DNA of 64,000 bases from Promethearchaeota archaeon (GCA_016839705.1 JAEOTR010000019.1:60285-124284); one strand, 5' to 3'. Numbered from the stretch's first letter, positions 9,612 through 20,874 are shown. Notes: generated by a model from the letters alone, not told the origin. Translations and numbers: made by a program.

Positions 9612-10706
9612 ATGTGGTTGATATGTCCTATAGCTAGTGTTGGCAGAAGATTACAGCCATTTACATATTCTAAGCCAAAAGCTTTTATAAAAATTGCAGG
9701 GAAACGGATCATCGATCATATTCTTATAAAATTGAAAAACACCTTTCCAAAAGAAACGAATATCTGTTTCATTGTTGGCTATAAAAAGAGACAAATAACA
9801 GAGTATCTAAAGAAAAACCATACAGATTATTTTACTCTTCATTTTGTAGAACAAGAACCACTAGGGTATGAAGCAGATACCCCTTTTTTTAGCGGTATAG
9901 GAGATGCAATATTACTAGCAAAAGATTATGCTGATAATGATGATATTTTTGTATTTTTCAGTGATAGATTACCAATGGAAGATTATTCCCAAGTCTTATT
10001 GAATTTTCATGAAGATATATCTGATGGGGTTATAAATGTAAGACAAGTAACTAATCCTAAATTTTATGGAGTTGTTGAAATAGACGAAAATGGTATTGTT
10101 ACAACAATTGTAGAAAAACCAGAAATGCCTAAGTCCAATCTTGCTGTATCTGGTTCATATCTATTGGGGATGAGTGTTACCCCCAGATTATTTCAATTAT
10201 TAGAAGAACAAAATAAAATTCCTCTTGAAAATGGTCAAGAACACGAGATAACACCTATTATTCAAAAACTCGTCGAAGAAGGATTTAAATTTAGAATTAA
10301 TGAAATGAAAAGAGAAATATTAGATTTTGGAAGACCGGAAAGCTTACTAAATGGTAATCGCTTATTACTTTCAGAAATTAAAATTCCGGATCCAACATAT
10401 GAGAAATTAATTAAATCTGGAAATATTAATGATTCAAAAATAGTCCCTCCCGTTTTCATTGGGAAAAATACTAACATTTCTGATTCTGTTATTGGCCCAA
10501 ATGTATCTATTGGAGATAATGTGAGTCTCAAAAAATGCATATTATCTGATTCTGTTATAGGTGATGGTGCAAAGCTAAAAAGAATAATCTCTTCTGAAAG
10601 TATTATAGGTGATTATTCAACTTTAGAAGACTTAATTAAAAAAAGTATTACAATCGGAGATTCTTCTTATATCACTACATCTAATAATCAGACCAATCAA
10701 TTATAG
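9612..10706 (+). CDS. Sugar-phosphate nucleotidyltransferase (glucose-1-phosphate thymidylyltransferase-like) with hexapeptide repeats
   Basis: Variant ASVGRRLQPFTYSKPK motif, YGVVE, VEKP, DFGRPESL, C-terminal left-handed beta-helix repeats. Confidence 0.85.
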   Translation: MWLICPIASVGRRLQPFTYSKPKAFIKIAGKRIIDHILIKLKNTFPKETNICFIVGYKKRQITEYLKKNHTDYFTLHFVEQEPLGYEADTPFFSGIGDAILLAKDYADNDDIFVFFSDRLPMEDYSQVLLNFHEDISDGVINVRQVTNPKFYGVVEIDENGIVTTIVEKPEMPKSNLAVSGSYLLGMSVTPRLFQLLEEQNKIPLENGQEHEITPIIQKLVEEGFKFRINEMKREILDFGRPESLLNGNRLLLSEIKIPDPTYEKLIKSGNINDSKIVPPVFIGKNTNISDSVIGPNVSIGDNVSLKKCILSDSVIGDGAKLKRIISSESIIGDYSTLEDLIKKSITIGDSSYITTSNNQTNQL

Positions 10707-10731
10707 TAAAAAAAAAGTAAGAATCGAATAT

Positions 10732-12204
10732 TCATTTTATTTCTGGTCTTTTACTTTGCCAGGGAGCAATTTCCTCAAAAGCCTTAGAAACTTGAAGTAC
10801 AGTTTTTTCATCATAGCGTTTTCCAATTATTTGCATTCCAATTGGTAATCCCGAATCTGTCCATCCACAAGGAATTGATGCTGCTGGTAAACCAGTTAGG
10901 TTAAAAGGATAAGTAAAAGAAATCCAGTTGGTTATATTTAGAGCCTTTCCCTTAACTATAGGAAATCGAGTACCAAATTCTGTTTTTTCAACTGTGAAAG
11001 CAGGACAAGGTGTAGTGGGGGTAATTAATACATCATAATCTTTAAAATACGTATGAAATACTTCGTATACCCCTTTACGTTGGGCAATGGCTTTTGCGAC
11101 GTCTTGCCCACCAAATGATAATCCTGCTTTTATAATTCCCTTTAAGTCTGGACTGAGATCTTCAGGTTTTTCATTATAAAATTTTTTGGAATCAAAGGCA
11201 TAACCCAAGGATGCGAAAATATTAAATGAATATTCAGGTTTTTTCAATTTCAATTTTACATTCTCAATATCCCAACCATATTGAGTTAATTTTTCAACTT
11301 GTTCAAGGATAACTTTTTCAACTATCTCATCAAGTAATTTAAAAAATCCTAAATTCATAGAACATCCAATCTTTAATTTTTTTGGTTTGCTATCAATTTC
11401 TTTTAAATAATCAATCCCATCGTCAGGAATAGAATATTGATCAAATGGATGATAACCCTTCATTACATTCAGCATCAAGGCAGCATCGCTAACATACCGT
11501 ACAATTGGACCATAGTGATCCATATTCCAAAAAAAAATACCCTTAACAGGATAACGCGGGATACGTCCAAATGTGGGTTTCAACCCATAGACCCCGCAGA
11601 GACTGCTGGGAACCCTGATTGATCCGCCACCGTCAGCACCTAAAGCTAATGGCCCCATTCCACTAGCAACAGCAGCAGCAGCACCTCCGCTAGAACCTCC
11701 AGATGATCTTTCCAGATCCCAGGGATTTTTGGTAAGGCCAAATATTAAATTATCCGTTATACCGGGATGATGCCCAAATTCAGGCATGTTAGTTTTTCCT
11801 AATATTACACACCCCGCTTCTCTCAATCTTTGGACAGCAATATCATCTTTTTCTGGAATCTGATTTGCATAGAATTTAGAACCATATGTAGTCCTTATTC
11901 CTTTAGTATCCATCTCATCTTTAATTGACGTCGGAATTCCCTGTAAAATCCCCATTTTTTCACCCTTCTTCACTGAGTTATCCGCTTCTTTTGCTAGATC
12001 TCTTGCTAAGTCGAAAGTAGTAGTGCAATATGCGTTGATTAAAGGATTTATCCTCTCTATTCTTTCAATTAAAGTTTCAGTAATTTCTTGCGATGTAAGT
12101 TCTTGTCTCAGTATTGAATCTCTCATGTCACAAGCAGACATAAAACAGATATCTTCTTTATACATTATTATCAATTGTATTTTTTCGATTTTGTTAAAAT
12201 ACAA
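10732..12204 (-). CDS. Amidase-signature family protein
   Basis: GIPTSIKD, GKTNMPEF, GGSSGG and GADGGGSIR (Ser-cisSer-Lys triad). Confidence 0.93.
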   Translation of the reverse strand: MYFNKIEKIQLIIMYKEDICFMSACDMRDSILRQELTSQEITETLIERIERINPLINAYCTTTFDLARDLAKEADNSVKKGEKMGILQGIPTSIKDEMDTKGIRTTYGSKFYANQIPEKDDIAVQRLREAGCVILGKTNMPEFGHHPGITDNLIFGLTKNPWDLERSSGGSSGGAAAAVASGMGPLALGADGGGSIRVPSSLCGVYGLKPTFGRIPRYPVKGIFFWNMDHYGPIVRYVSDAALMLNVMKGYHPFDQYSIPDDGIDYLKEIDSKPKKLKIGCSMNLGFFKLLDEIVEKVILEQVEKLTQYGWDIENVKLKLKKPEYSFNIFASLGYAFDSKKFYNEKPEDLSPDLKGIIKAGLSFGGQDVAKAIAQRKGVYEVFHTYFKDYDVLITPTTPCPAFTVEKTEFGTRFPIVKGKALNITNWISFTYPFNLTGLPAASIPCGWTDSGLPIGMQIIGKRYDEKTVLQVSKAFEEIAPWQSKRPEIK

Positions 12205-12286
12205 TGTGATAAAAGAGAATATAAATGATTGCTTATTTTGGAATATACAAAATGCTTCAGTACTTTAAAAAAATCTTTAAAGAAAC

Positions 12287-13054
12287 TTGGAAAAGAAAAT
12301 GATAAAAGGAGTTTTTTTTGATCTTTTCGGAACGTTAATGATTTACACTGATATGCAAGAAGCTTGGGAAAACTGGTTACAAACACTTTATGATTGTTTT
12401 GAAGATTGTGGACTAAAAATGTCTCAAAAATCATTTGCATCAAAGTGTAACGGGTTTCTTGCAAAGGAAGAACCAGAATTTAAAAAATTTAATCTGACTA
12501 TTTATGAGAAACGGCTTTATTCCTTAGGCCTTGATTTAAAGTTACAATTAGAAATAGAAGATATAAGAGAAATGGCAAATAAAACAATAAAAGCTTGGCA
12601 AAAATTTGTACCTTTAGATCCAGATGCAATCTCAATATTAGAAGTGTTAGAGAAAAATAAGATCATTGCTTTAATAACGAATTTTGACCACCCACCTTAT
12701 GTCTATTCATTATTATCCGAATTAAAACTTACAAAATTTTTTAATTCAATTACAATCTCAAGTGAAGTAGGTGTTAAAAAACCCGATCCTACAATTTTTT
12801 CGTTTGCTCTAAAAGAAGCAAAATTAAAAGTTAATGAGGTTTGTTATATTGGGGATTCAAATGAAGATATAGAAGCAGCTCGGAGTGCTAAGATATACCC
12901 CATTTTAATCCAACGTAAAATTAATACTAGAAATGAAATAGTTGACGATTATAATGTAGAAGAACCGCCTTTAAATCCCGATAGATCAGTTGTTATTGAT
13001 AAGAATGTTAAAAAAATTAAGAATTTAAAGGAATTAATTAATATTGTCAATTAA
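12287..13054 (+). CDS. HAD-superfamily hydrolase
   Basis: FFDLFGTL, ITN, KPDPTIF and IGDSNEDI motifs. Confidence 0.9.
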   Translation: MEKKMIKGVFFDLFGTLMIYTDMQEAWENWLQTLYDCFEDCGLKMSQKSFASKCNGFLAKEEPEFKKFNLTIYEKRLYSLGLDLKLQLEIEDIREMANKTIKAWQKFVPLDPDAISILEVLEKNKIIALITNFDHPPYVYSLLSELKLTKFFNSITISSEVGVKKPDPTIFSFALKEAKLKVNEVCYIGDSNEDIEAARSAKIYPILIQRKINTRNEIVDDYNVEEPPLNPDRSVVIDKNVKKIKNLKELINIVN

Positions 13055-14544
13055 CTGAAAAGATCCTTTTCATTTTCTCTCAAACCGTTATATATAATTT
13101 TACTTTGAACCATTTCTCGAGGGTAATATTTTATCCCCGGGGGAAAAGAACTATCTTTCCAACCTCCCAAAGCTGTGCTGATATTAGCTTGCATGGGTTT
13201 TGAATTTATATAGAGACTTCCCGCTTGTAATTCGGTTGAGAACCGTTCAATATGTTCTGCAGGTGTATAAACAACAGCTCTCATGCCATAATTTGAATGA
13301 TTTGCGAGATGAATAGCGTCTTCAAGACTATTTGCTTTAGTTATACTTCTCACGGGTCCAAAAGCCTCTTCGCGCCATAAGAATGGAGCTTTATCAAAAT
13401 CAAGAATATTTTCTCTAGGAATTTCTACTAAAGTTGGTTTATAAAAAAGCCCATAACTTTTTCCAGTATCTATTTTTTCAGCCCCACACAAAATAGTGAC
13501 ATTTTTATGCTTCTGAGCCTCACCAACCATCACTTCCATCATCATTAAAATTCGTCGAGAACCTAAAGGGCCAATATCAGTGGACATATTCCTTGGATCA
13601 CCCATTTTTAAGGTTTCAATCTTTTTTAACACAAGTTCAACATATTCGTCATAAATGTCTTTATGAACGATTATTCTTTTCATCGAGAAACATTGCTGGC
13701 CCGAATTAGTGTAGGAAGCTATAACATTCCATTTAGCGACTAAATCTAGATTTACACCAGGCATGACTATTCCTGCATCATTTCCGGCACATTCAAATAC
13801 AAAGTTCTTAAATGGTTGATTTACCATATTAACACCAAGATATTTTTCAGTACTCTTTCGAAGATGGTCAGCATAATCCATTAGGATTTGTTTTGCAGTA
13901 TGAGAAGCAGCGACTACTATTAGATTCTTTACTAAATTTGATTCAATAAAAATTTTAGTAGCAAAATCCCCGGGACTAATAACTAAATCAAATGCGCCAT
14001 TGAACGGAAAATCGCTTTCAAATATTCTCTCAATACAATATTTCATTGTTAAAGGACAAGCTGTAGAGGGTTTTATTATTGCTGGGTTACCCGTTAGAAA
14101 AGCACTACCCCAAAAATACATTGGTAAGCTCATAGGAGTATTTCTAGGTGATATCCCAATAGTAAGTCCTATAGGTTGATACTTGATCAATGAAGGTTTT
14201 CCGCTTTCCAGATCAGTTTGACTTCTATCTTGTACTAAATCTTTAAACCAATCAACAAAACTATAACCTTTCTCTATCATGGAAAATTCCCATTCAGAAT
14301 ACTTTATAGGAAGTCCTCCTTCTGCAACTATTAAATCCTTGATTTTCTCTTTATCTTTAATCAAAACATCTGCAATATCTTTAATAACGTCTATTCGTTC
14401 TTCGAGGGTTGTATTTAAAAGCTTATATTCCCATTGAGCGGTTCTCATAATTTTTTCATTAATAGTTTCTGCTGTATCAGCTTCCAGCGAATCTATAATT
14501 TCTCCCGTATATTTATTTACAACATCTAATTTCATGTTTATCAA
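13051..14544 (-). CDS. Aldehyde dehydrogenase family protein
   Basis: PRNTP, IKPS, FECAGND, SGQQC (catalytic Cys), EEAFGP and AN.S.YG motifs. Confidence 0.9.
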   Translation of the reverse strand: MINMKLDVVNKYTGEIIDSLEADTAETINEKIMRTAQWEYKLLNTTLEERIDVIKDIADVLIKDKEKIKDLIVAEGGLPIKYSEWEFSMIEKGYSFVDWFKDLVQDRSQTDLESGKPSLIKYQPIGLTIGISPRNTPMSLPMYFWGSAFLTGNPAIIKPSTACPLTMKYCIERIFESDFPFNGAFDLVISPGDFATKIFIESNLVKNLIVVAASHTAKQILMDYADHLRKSTEKYLGVNMVNQPFKNFVFECAGNDAGIVMPGVNLDLVAKWNVIASYTNSGQQCFSMKRIIVHKDIYDEYVELVLKKIETLKMGDPRNMSTDIGPLGSRRILMMMEVMVGEAQKHKNVTILCGAEKIDTGKSYGLFYKPTLVEIPRENILDFDKAPFLWREEAFGPVRSITKANSLEDAIHLANHSNYGMRAVVYTPAEHIERFSTELQAGSLYINSKPMQANISTALGGWKDSSFPPGIKYYPREMVQSKIIYNGLRENEKDLFS

Positions 14545-14570
14545 GTTATTTTCTATTTTTTTATTTTATT

Positions 14571-15566
14571 TTATTTATTTTGAGACGCATAATAATTCCT
14601 ATACCAGGCTATAGTTTCTTGTAATCCAACATCTAATGGAGTAATCTTATAATCCAACACTTTTATAGCTTTATCAGAATTGTATACCCAATTATGATTT
14701 AACATTTTAACTGTTGCTCTGTTTGTATAAGGCATCTTTTTTGTAATTTTTGTTTTAATTTCACAGAGCCAACCATATAATATACCTAAACTCATTGGAA
14801 AATGTCGTGGTTTTTTTGCGTTCCCCGCAATTTCTGAAATTAAATTAAGCCAATCACCAAATTTTATGTTTACTCCACCAAGGATGAATTCATTTCCCTT
14901 CAGATTGTTCCTTTCAATAACACTAATAAAACCTTCAACAACATCATTAACATATACAAAACTTCCTATAGTATCACCTTTTCCAGGGCAACCCAAAAAT
15001 TTACCTACTGTAATATCATATATTGTTTGACCGAATATATTAAAATCTCCTGGACCATAAACGATTCCGGGGTAAAATATAATTACATCAAGACCATTTT
15101 GAATATATTTTTTGATTATTTTCTTTGCTTGAAACTTAGTTTGTGCATAATCAAGAAACAAACCCTCTTCACTTTCAAAAGTCTCATCAACAGGTTCAAC
15201 AGGAGTAGCTCCTAATGCGATAAAGGAACTAATGTAAATAAGTTTTATTCCTTTCTCAAGTGCTACTTTTGCAATATTTTCCATACCTTTGATATTAGTT
15301 TCTTCGTAAACCTTTTCATCTCTTGCCCACATTCGAGTATAGGCCGCGAGGTGGTATATCAAATCAATATCCTCCGTAGCATTATAGAGAGTTTCAATAC
15401 TATTAACATCACCTATACAATATTCGATATTCTTAAGATCTTGAAAGGTTGATATATTGCTATTCTTTCTTATTAGGAGTTTTAAATTGTACCCTAGACT
15501 ATTTAACTTTATAACCAAATGAGTTCCTAAAAAGCCAGTACCACCTGTTATTAAAATATTTACCAT
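14571..15566 (-). CDS. NAD-dependent epimerase/dehydratase (extended SDR)
   Basis: TGGTGFLG, YHLAA, YAQTK (YxxxK) and VYGPGD. Confidence 0.92.
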   Translation of the reverse strand: MVNILITGGTGFLGTHLVIKLNSLGYNLKLLIRKNSNISTFQDLKNIEYCIGDVNSIETLYNATEDIDLIYHLAAYTRMWARDEKVYEETNIKGMENIAKVALEKGIKLIYISSFIALGATPVEPVDETFESEEGLFLDYAQTKFQAKKIIKKYIQNGLDVIIFYPGIVYGPGDFNIFGQTIYDITVGKFLGCPGKGDTIGSFVYVNDVVEGFISVIERNNLKGNEFILGGVNIKFGDWLNLISEIAGNAKKPRHFPMSLGILYGWLCEIKTKITKKMPYTNRATVKMLNHNWVYNSDKAIKVLDYKITPLDVGLQETIAWYRNYYASQNK

Positions 15567-15772
15567 ATTTAGACTACCAAAATGTTATTGAAACCTTATA
15601 TTTTTAAGAGTTACATCTTATGTTAAATTTTATGAGAAATGCAATAACTTTGATTTAGAATTATTAGATTATAATTTAATACTCACATCTTTGTAATTCG
15701 TAAAACCTTAATTTCTCCATTTATTTTTCATTGTAACAGATTCGAAATATTATCAGTTGGAGTTTTATTTTC

Positions 15773-17605
15773 TTGAAAAGTCAACATGTAGTAGAGCAAA
15801 ATCTAACAAACAATTCAGAATTTAGATTTGAAGAAGATTTTTTTTTCAAAGCTCGAAAGAAAGGAATAGGAGCTTGGATAGTAAGTCATATGCTATATCG
15901 GTCTAATAAATATTTATTGGCATTATTCTTCACTTCTCTTGTAATGGCATCTTATTTAAATTCATTCATTTATGTCATAATAGGTAAAGCAATTGATGTT
16001 TTCTTGGCTGGACAATCTGATCAAGTAATCATTTATACATTTCTGGTATTACTTATAGGATTGGGAGGTCCCATCTCGGGATTATTATCAAGAACTTTTC
16101 GAGAAATTATTGCTCAAAGAATAGAGAGAGATGTACGCAGAGAATTCTATTTAAATTTACTAGGTAAAAGTCAATCCTTTCATGATAATCAGAGAATAGG
16201 AGATATTATGGCTCGAGCAACGAATGATGTAAGATTATTAAATTTTCTAATATCACCCGCAGTAGCTATGCTCTTGGTTGCTGCCAATAATCTAATTGTT
16301 CCTATTTATTTAATTGGTACCTCTTATCGACTTGAATTAATGTTACTTCCAATTATATTTAGTATTATCTTTATTTTATATGTCAAAAAATTCTTAAAGA
16401 AGCTGACACCCCCCTCAGAAGAGAGGAGGATAGCCTTTGGATTTATGAACACGGTTTTAAATGAATCTCTAAGTGGGATTGAAGTTGTAAAATCTATGGC
16501 TCAGGAAGAAGATAGTATTGAGAAATATAAAGAGAGTGCCTTGAGTTATCGAGATGCTGGTATTGAACAAGGAGATATACAAGCAAAATATCTTCCTCTA
16601 TTATTTCTTTCAATAACAATTACCTTGGGTTTAGCAATCGGTGTGTTTTATAATAGAGCCAATATTTTGTCGGTTGGTGGTGTGCTAGGTTTCGTAGGAT
16701 TATTGCTAAGATTACGATTTCCTGTTAATGCTTCAATAAGATCATCTTTGATGGTGAAAGAAGCAGTTATTGGGGCACAAAGACTTTTGGAAATTATGAA
16801 TAAGAAATCAGAGATTTATGATAGTGAAGATTCTGTATCTAAAAAAATTAAAGGAAACATAAAGTTTGAAGACGTTACTTTTTCTTATCCCGGTACTCAA
16901 AACAAGGTTCTTAAAAATATTAATTTTGAAATATCTGAGGGACAAACTGTGGCAATAGTGGGAACAACCGGTTCAGGGAAAACAACACTTACAAAATTAA
17001 TTTCACGGTTGTATGATGTTGATAGTGGTCGGATTTTAATTGACGGGATTGATGTTAGAAATATTTCCTTGGAATCTCTTCGAGACCAGATTGCCTATAT
17101 TGAGCAGGATATTTTTATCTTTTCAGATTCAATCTTTGATAATATTTCTTTTGGAAGAAATCCTTCCAAGGAAGAAGTAATTTCAGTTGCTCAAGAAGCT
17201 CAGGCTCATGAATTTATAGAAGAATTACCAAATAAGTATGATACTGAGGTAGGAGAAAGAGGTGTGCAATTAAGTGGGGGAGAACGTCAACGAGTTGCAA
17301 TTGCCCGTGCTTTCATCACAAATCCAAAAATATTAGTCTTGGATGATTCCAGCTCATCAATTGATTCAGAAACGGAAGAAAGAATTCAAAAGGCAATATT
17401 CAGGGTTTTACGTGGAAGAACCACCTTCATCATAACTCATAGGCTTTCTCAGATAAGATGGGCAGATTTAATAATCGTATTAAGTCAGGGTGAAATTGTT
17501 AACCAAGGATCGCATGAATATTTGCTAAAAAACTCAGAAGAGTATCGGAAAATCTTTATTAAGCGTTTTGATAAATCATTAACTGAGCTTTTAGGAGGGG
17601 ACTAA
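15773..17605 (+). CDS. ABC exporter half-transporter (TMD+NBD) with degenerate Walker B
   Basis: GTTGSGKT, LSGGERQR, LVLDD (catalytic Glu replaced by Asp); N-terminal TM helices. Confidence 0.95.
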   Translation: MKSQHVVEQNLTNNSEFRFEEDFFFKARKKGIGAWIVSHMLYRSNKYLLALFFTSLVMASYLNSFIYVIIGKAIDVFLAGQSDQVIIYTFLVLLIGLGGPISGLLSRTFREIIAQRIERDVRREFYLNLLGKSQSFHDNQRIGDIMARATNDVRLLNFLISPAVAMLLVAANNLIVPIYLIGTSYRLELMLLPIIFSIIFILYVKKFLKKLTPPSEERRIAFGFMNTVLNESLSGIEVVKSMAQEEDSIEKYKESALSYRDAGIEQGDIQAKYLPLLFLSITITLGLAIGVFYNRANILSVGGVLGFVGLLLRLRFPVNASIRSSLMVKEAVIGAQRLLEIMNKKSEIYDSEDSVSKKIKGNIKFEDVTFSYPGTQNKVLKNINFEISEGQTVAIVGTTGSGKTTLTKLISRLYDVDSGRILIDGIDVRNISLESLRDQIAYIEQDIFIFSDSIFDNISFGRNPSKEEVISVAQEAQAHEFIEELPNKYDTEVGERGVQLSGGERQRVAIARAFITNPKILVLDDSSSSIDSETEERIQKAIFRVLRGRTTFIITHRLSQIRWADLIIVLSQGEIVNQGSHEYLLKNSEEYRKIFIKRFDKSLTELLGGD

Positions 17606-17610
17606 TTAGA

Positions 17611-19440
17611 ATGGCTAGAAGAATGGGTTATTTTGGACTAGATGAAGAAGGATATGACAGAATCTATTCAGATAAAGAATTATTTTCTAGAGTTATAAAA
17701 TTATTTAAACCATATAGACGGTCAATGGCAATTGTAATTACGTTCATTTGTCTTTCATCAGTTACCAATGGATTAACACCCTTGTTGATGACTTTAATTA
17801 TTACCCAATTAGAATTACATTCAGATCCCACTATTTTAATTTTCTTTATTATAAATACCTTAATCTTGAATTCATTAGGATATATTTTTAACTATGTAAA
17901 TAGACGTACCAGTAATCGAATGGTATATGGTGTATGCTATAATTTACGTAGACAAACTAATTTAAGAGTTCTTGAGCAAGATTTATCTTTCTTTGATAAA
18001 TATCCAACAGGAAGAATTGTCAGTAGGATAAATTCGGATGGGCAGAAATTTGGTGGTTCAGTTACTATGTTTACTGAATTAATTTCTGCTTTCTTAATGT
18101 TAATCATTGTAATCATTCCCATGATATTTATTAGTGCCTTGTTAACTGGAGTATTTATGCTAATCGTACCGGTTGTATTTGCATTTACTCTCTCTTTTCG
18201 TAAAGTTGCAAGAAGAAAATCCGTATATGGTCAACGTTCCTTAGCACAAGTCAATGCATTTGTTCAGGAATCAATGGCAGGAATTCAAATTATTAAAAGT
18301 TTTCGTCAAGAAGAAAGTCAATTTGATAATTTTGAGGAAATTAACAAACAATCATATCGTGTAAACATGAGTAGAGCGTTATATTTGTCCATACTCTTTC
18401 CAAGCTTGGATATCCTTATAGCGGTTCTATATGCTTTACTTATCTTTTTCGGGGGCAATTTCATCATTCAAGGGGTGCTAAGTGGGGCAGCTATCTATTA
18501 TTTTCTTCAAGGTTCATTAATTTTATTCGAGCCTTTACTTCAAATCGCGGGTTTTTGGCCTCAATTTCAAGAAGGATTAGCTGCTGCAGAAAGAATTTTT
18601 GCTCTTCAAGACTCTCAATCTTATATTAAGCAAGGGGATTATGTTTTAGATGCAATAAAAGGAAAAATAGAATTTGAGAATTTAGGATTTGAATATGTAG
18701 CCGGAAAACCAATTTTCAAGGATTTTAACTTAGAAATCCAACCTGGAGAAACTGTTGCTATAGTAGGGCATACTGGAGCAGGGAAGTCAAGTTTAACAAA
18801 AATTTTACTTCGCCTGTATGAATTTCAATCAGGAGATGTTCGCATAGATGGTCATAGTATACGAGATATTTCACTTACGGAATTTAGAAGATCTTTAGGA
18901 TTTATTCCTCAGGTGCCATTCCTCTGGGCAGACACAATTGAAAACAATGTTAAATATGGTTCACCTGATACCTCAAGAGAAGATGTAATCTGGGCTTTAG
19001 AACAATCTGGTGGAATGGAATGGATCAAAAATCTTGATAAAGGGTTAGATACATTTATCTTGGAAAGAGGAAAAGTTCTTTCAATGGGACAACGACAATT
19101 AATTGTATTTGCGAGAGTTTTATTACAGAACCCATCGATATTAATATTAGATGAAGCAACAGCATCAGTAGATCCTTTTACAGAAGTTCAGATCCAAGAA
19201 GCAATGGAAAGAGTCATGCAAGATCGAACAACTATTGTTATTGCCCATAGGCTCACCACTGTTAGAAATGTTAATCGAATAATTGTACTAGATCATGGGA
19301 AGATTGTTGAAGAAGGGAATCATGAGAATTTAATGCAAAAAAATGGATATTATGCTAGGTTATACAACACATATTTTAGACATCAATCATACGAATTTAT
19401 AGAAGAGATAAAGTCAAAACAATCAGAAGGAACTTTCTAA
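17611..19440 (+). CDS. ABC exporter half-transporter, partner subunit of a heterodimer
   Basis: GHTGAGKS, non-consensus signature LSMGQRQ, LILDEAT, IAHRL; the pair has the asymmetric pattern of TM287/288-type exporters. Confidence 0.95.
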   Translation: MARRMGYFGLDEEGYDRIYSDKELFSRVIKLFKPYRRSMAIVITFICLSSVTNGLTPLLMTLIITQLELHSDPTILIFFIINTLILNSLGYIFNYVNRRTSNRMVYGVCYNLRRQTNLRVLEQDLSFFDKYPTGRIVSRINSDGQKFGGSVTMFTELISAFLMLIIVIIPMIFISALLTGVFMLIVPVVFAFTLSFRKVARRKSVYGQRSLAQVNAFVQESMAGIQIIKSFRQEESQFDNFEEINKQSYRVNMSRALYLSILFPSLDILIAVLYALLIFFGGNFIIQGVLSGAAIYYFLQGSLILFEPLLQIAGFWPQFQEGLAAAERIFALQDSQSYIKQGDYVLDAIKGKIEFENLGFEYVAGKPIFKDFNLEIQPGETVAIVGHTGAGKSSLTKILLRLYEFQSGDVRIDGHSIRDISLTEFRRSLGFIPQVPFLWADTIENNVKYGSPDTSREDVIWALEQSGGMEWIKNLDKGLDTFILERGKVLSMGQRQLIVFARVLLQNPSILILDEATASVDPFTEVQIQEAMERVMQDRTTIVIAHRLTTVRNVNRIIVLDHGKIVEEGNHENLMQKNGYYARLYNTYFRHQSYEFIEEIKSKQSEGTF

Positions 19441-19463
19441 ACTATCTCTTAAGATTTATATAT

Positions 19464-20069
19464 GTGTATAAAATTCTTGAATATGAATTAATTAAAGTTT
19501 TATCATATATGAAACTCCTAATGAATAAAAAAAACTTAATAAAGTTATATTCTCAGTTAGATTTACCATTTCAAGAAACTAAACAGCTCTATCTTAAAGA
19601 GATATTTAAAACACTAGAGAGTAAATTTGACCTCCAGAAAAATTCTACACAATTTTTTATCGATTTAGGATCTGGAAGTGGTCAGGTTATCATTTATTGT
19701 GCGTTAAACTATGGAATAAGATCAATCGGAGTTGAAATTGATCCGATCCTTATAAAAGAAGCCAAATATTCTATTCGATTATTAAAAAAAAGTAATTATG
19801 CGAAAAAAAAAGTTTTAGGAAAAATAACCCTCATATCTGGCGATTTTTTTGAACTTAATTTAAAAGATTATGATTTTATTTACATCTTTTCTTTACCCAC
19901 AATGCAAAAATATCTCAGACATGTATTCCAGACTATAAAAAGTGGAGCAATTATTATATCTCATAGGCACCCTTTTAGAAATTTTAAGGGGTGCTTAGAT
20001 TTGAAGTTCAAATTAGAACATGAAGGAGATAATCAAGAAGCTACTACATATTTTTACAATAAATTATAG
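19464..20069 (+). CDS. Class I SAM-dependent methyltransferase, Dot1/FAM173/aKMT-like (possible protein-lysine methyltransferase)
   Basis: FIDLGSGSGQV, GVEID and GDFFELNLKDYDFIYIF motifs. Confidence 0.75.
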   Translation: MYKILEYELIKVLSYMKLLMNKKNLIKLYSQLDLPFQETKQLYLKEIFKTLESKFDLQKNSTQFFIDLGSGSGQVIIYCALNYGIRSIGVEIDPILIKEAKYSIRLLKKSNYAKKKVLGKITLISGDFFELNLKDYDFIYIFSLPTMQKYLRHVFQTIKSGAIIISHRHPFRNFKGCLDLKFKLEHEGDNQEATTYFYNKL

Positions 20070-20175
20070 GTCTAGATTCAAAAAACTAAAAACTATATTA
20101 TAAATAAAAATAAAATTAATAATTATATAATTTTAAAAATTTGAAATTTAAACTTTAAATTAGGTGTAAAATAGA

Positions 20176-20874
20176 ATGGTTTCCGTAACAGGCTGGATAG
20201 ATGGATTAACCGCGACACTTATTATTCTTTCATCTGTAATTTTTGGATTAATCTCATTATCTAAATCGATAAGATTGAAAGCAAAGCTTCTTTCTATTGC
20301 AGGTATCCAGATGATTTTTGTTGGGTTTTTATGGCTTGGACCGACAATTGATTTAATTCTGGTTCTGTCGACGGGTGCGAATATTAGTCCATTTTCAACA
20401 TATTCCATATTAAGCTATCTTTGGGTTGCTCCAGCATTAATTACAGCGATGTATTTGGGGGGGGAACTTATCCTTCCAAAAGGAAAATGGATTTTAGTTG
20501 GGATCTTTATAGTTTTAGGTGTAATATTCGAATATTTTTTATGGTTTCAAACAAACGATTCATTTACATGGGTTTTAGCAAATCCTGGTGAAGACTTAAT
20601 AGATGCAAGTTTCGTTCGTACTCATCCGACATTTCTAATGATAGCATTATTCTTAGTTGCTACATTAGTGTTCTTAGCAATCGGCTTTTTTGTCAAAGCG
20701 AAACAAGCAACTGGTGAGCTTAGAAAAAAATTTATTTACCTTGGATTAGGATTTACTATTTTTGTACTCTGCGGTGCGTTAGATTCGATACTGACCTTAC
20801 CTTTAGCGATTGGATTTGTGAGAATAGTAATGGCCACGTTTGCTCTGTGGATGTATTTAGGGTTAAAAACCTAA
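20176..20874 (+). CDS. Multi-pass (about 7 TM) membrane protein
   Basis: About seven hydrophobic segments and no soluble domain; T-tract after the stop. Confidence 0.75.
   Translation: MVSVTGWIDGLTATLIILSSVIFGLISLSKSIRLKAKLLSIAGIQMIFVGFLWLGPTIDLILVLSTGANISPFSTYSILSYLWVAPALITAMYLGGELILPKGKWILVGIFIVLGVIFEYFLWFQTNDSFTWVLANPGEDLIDASFVRTHPTFLMIALFLVATLVFLAIGFFVKAKQATGELRKKFIYLGLGFTIFVLCGALDSILTLPLAIGFVRIVMATFALWMYLGLKT

Noticed and set aside
10732-12204. Amidase as GatA
   Set aside because: No gatB/gatC nearby and no GatA-specific motifs recognised; called a generic amidase
15773-19440. Non-consensus ABC motifs (LDD, LSMGQ) as signs of decay
   Set aside because: This is the normal degenerate site of heterodimeric exporters
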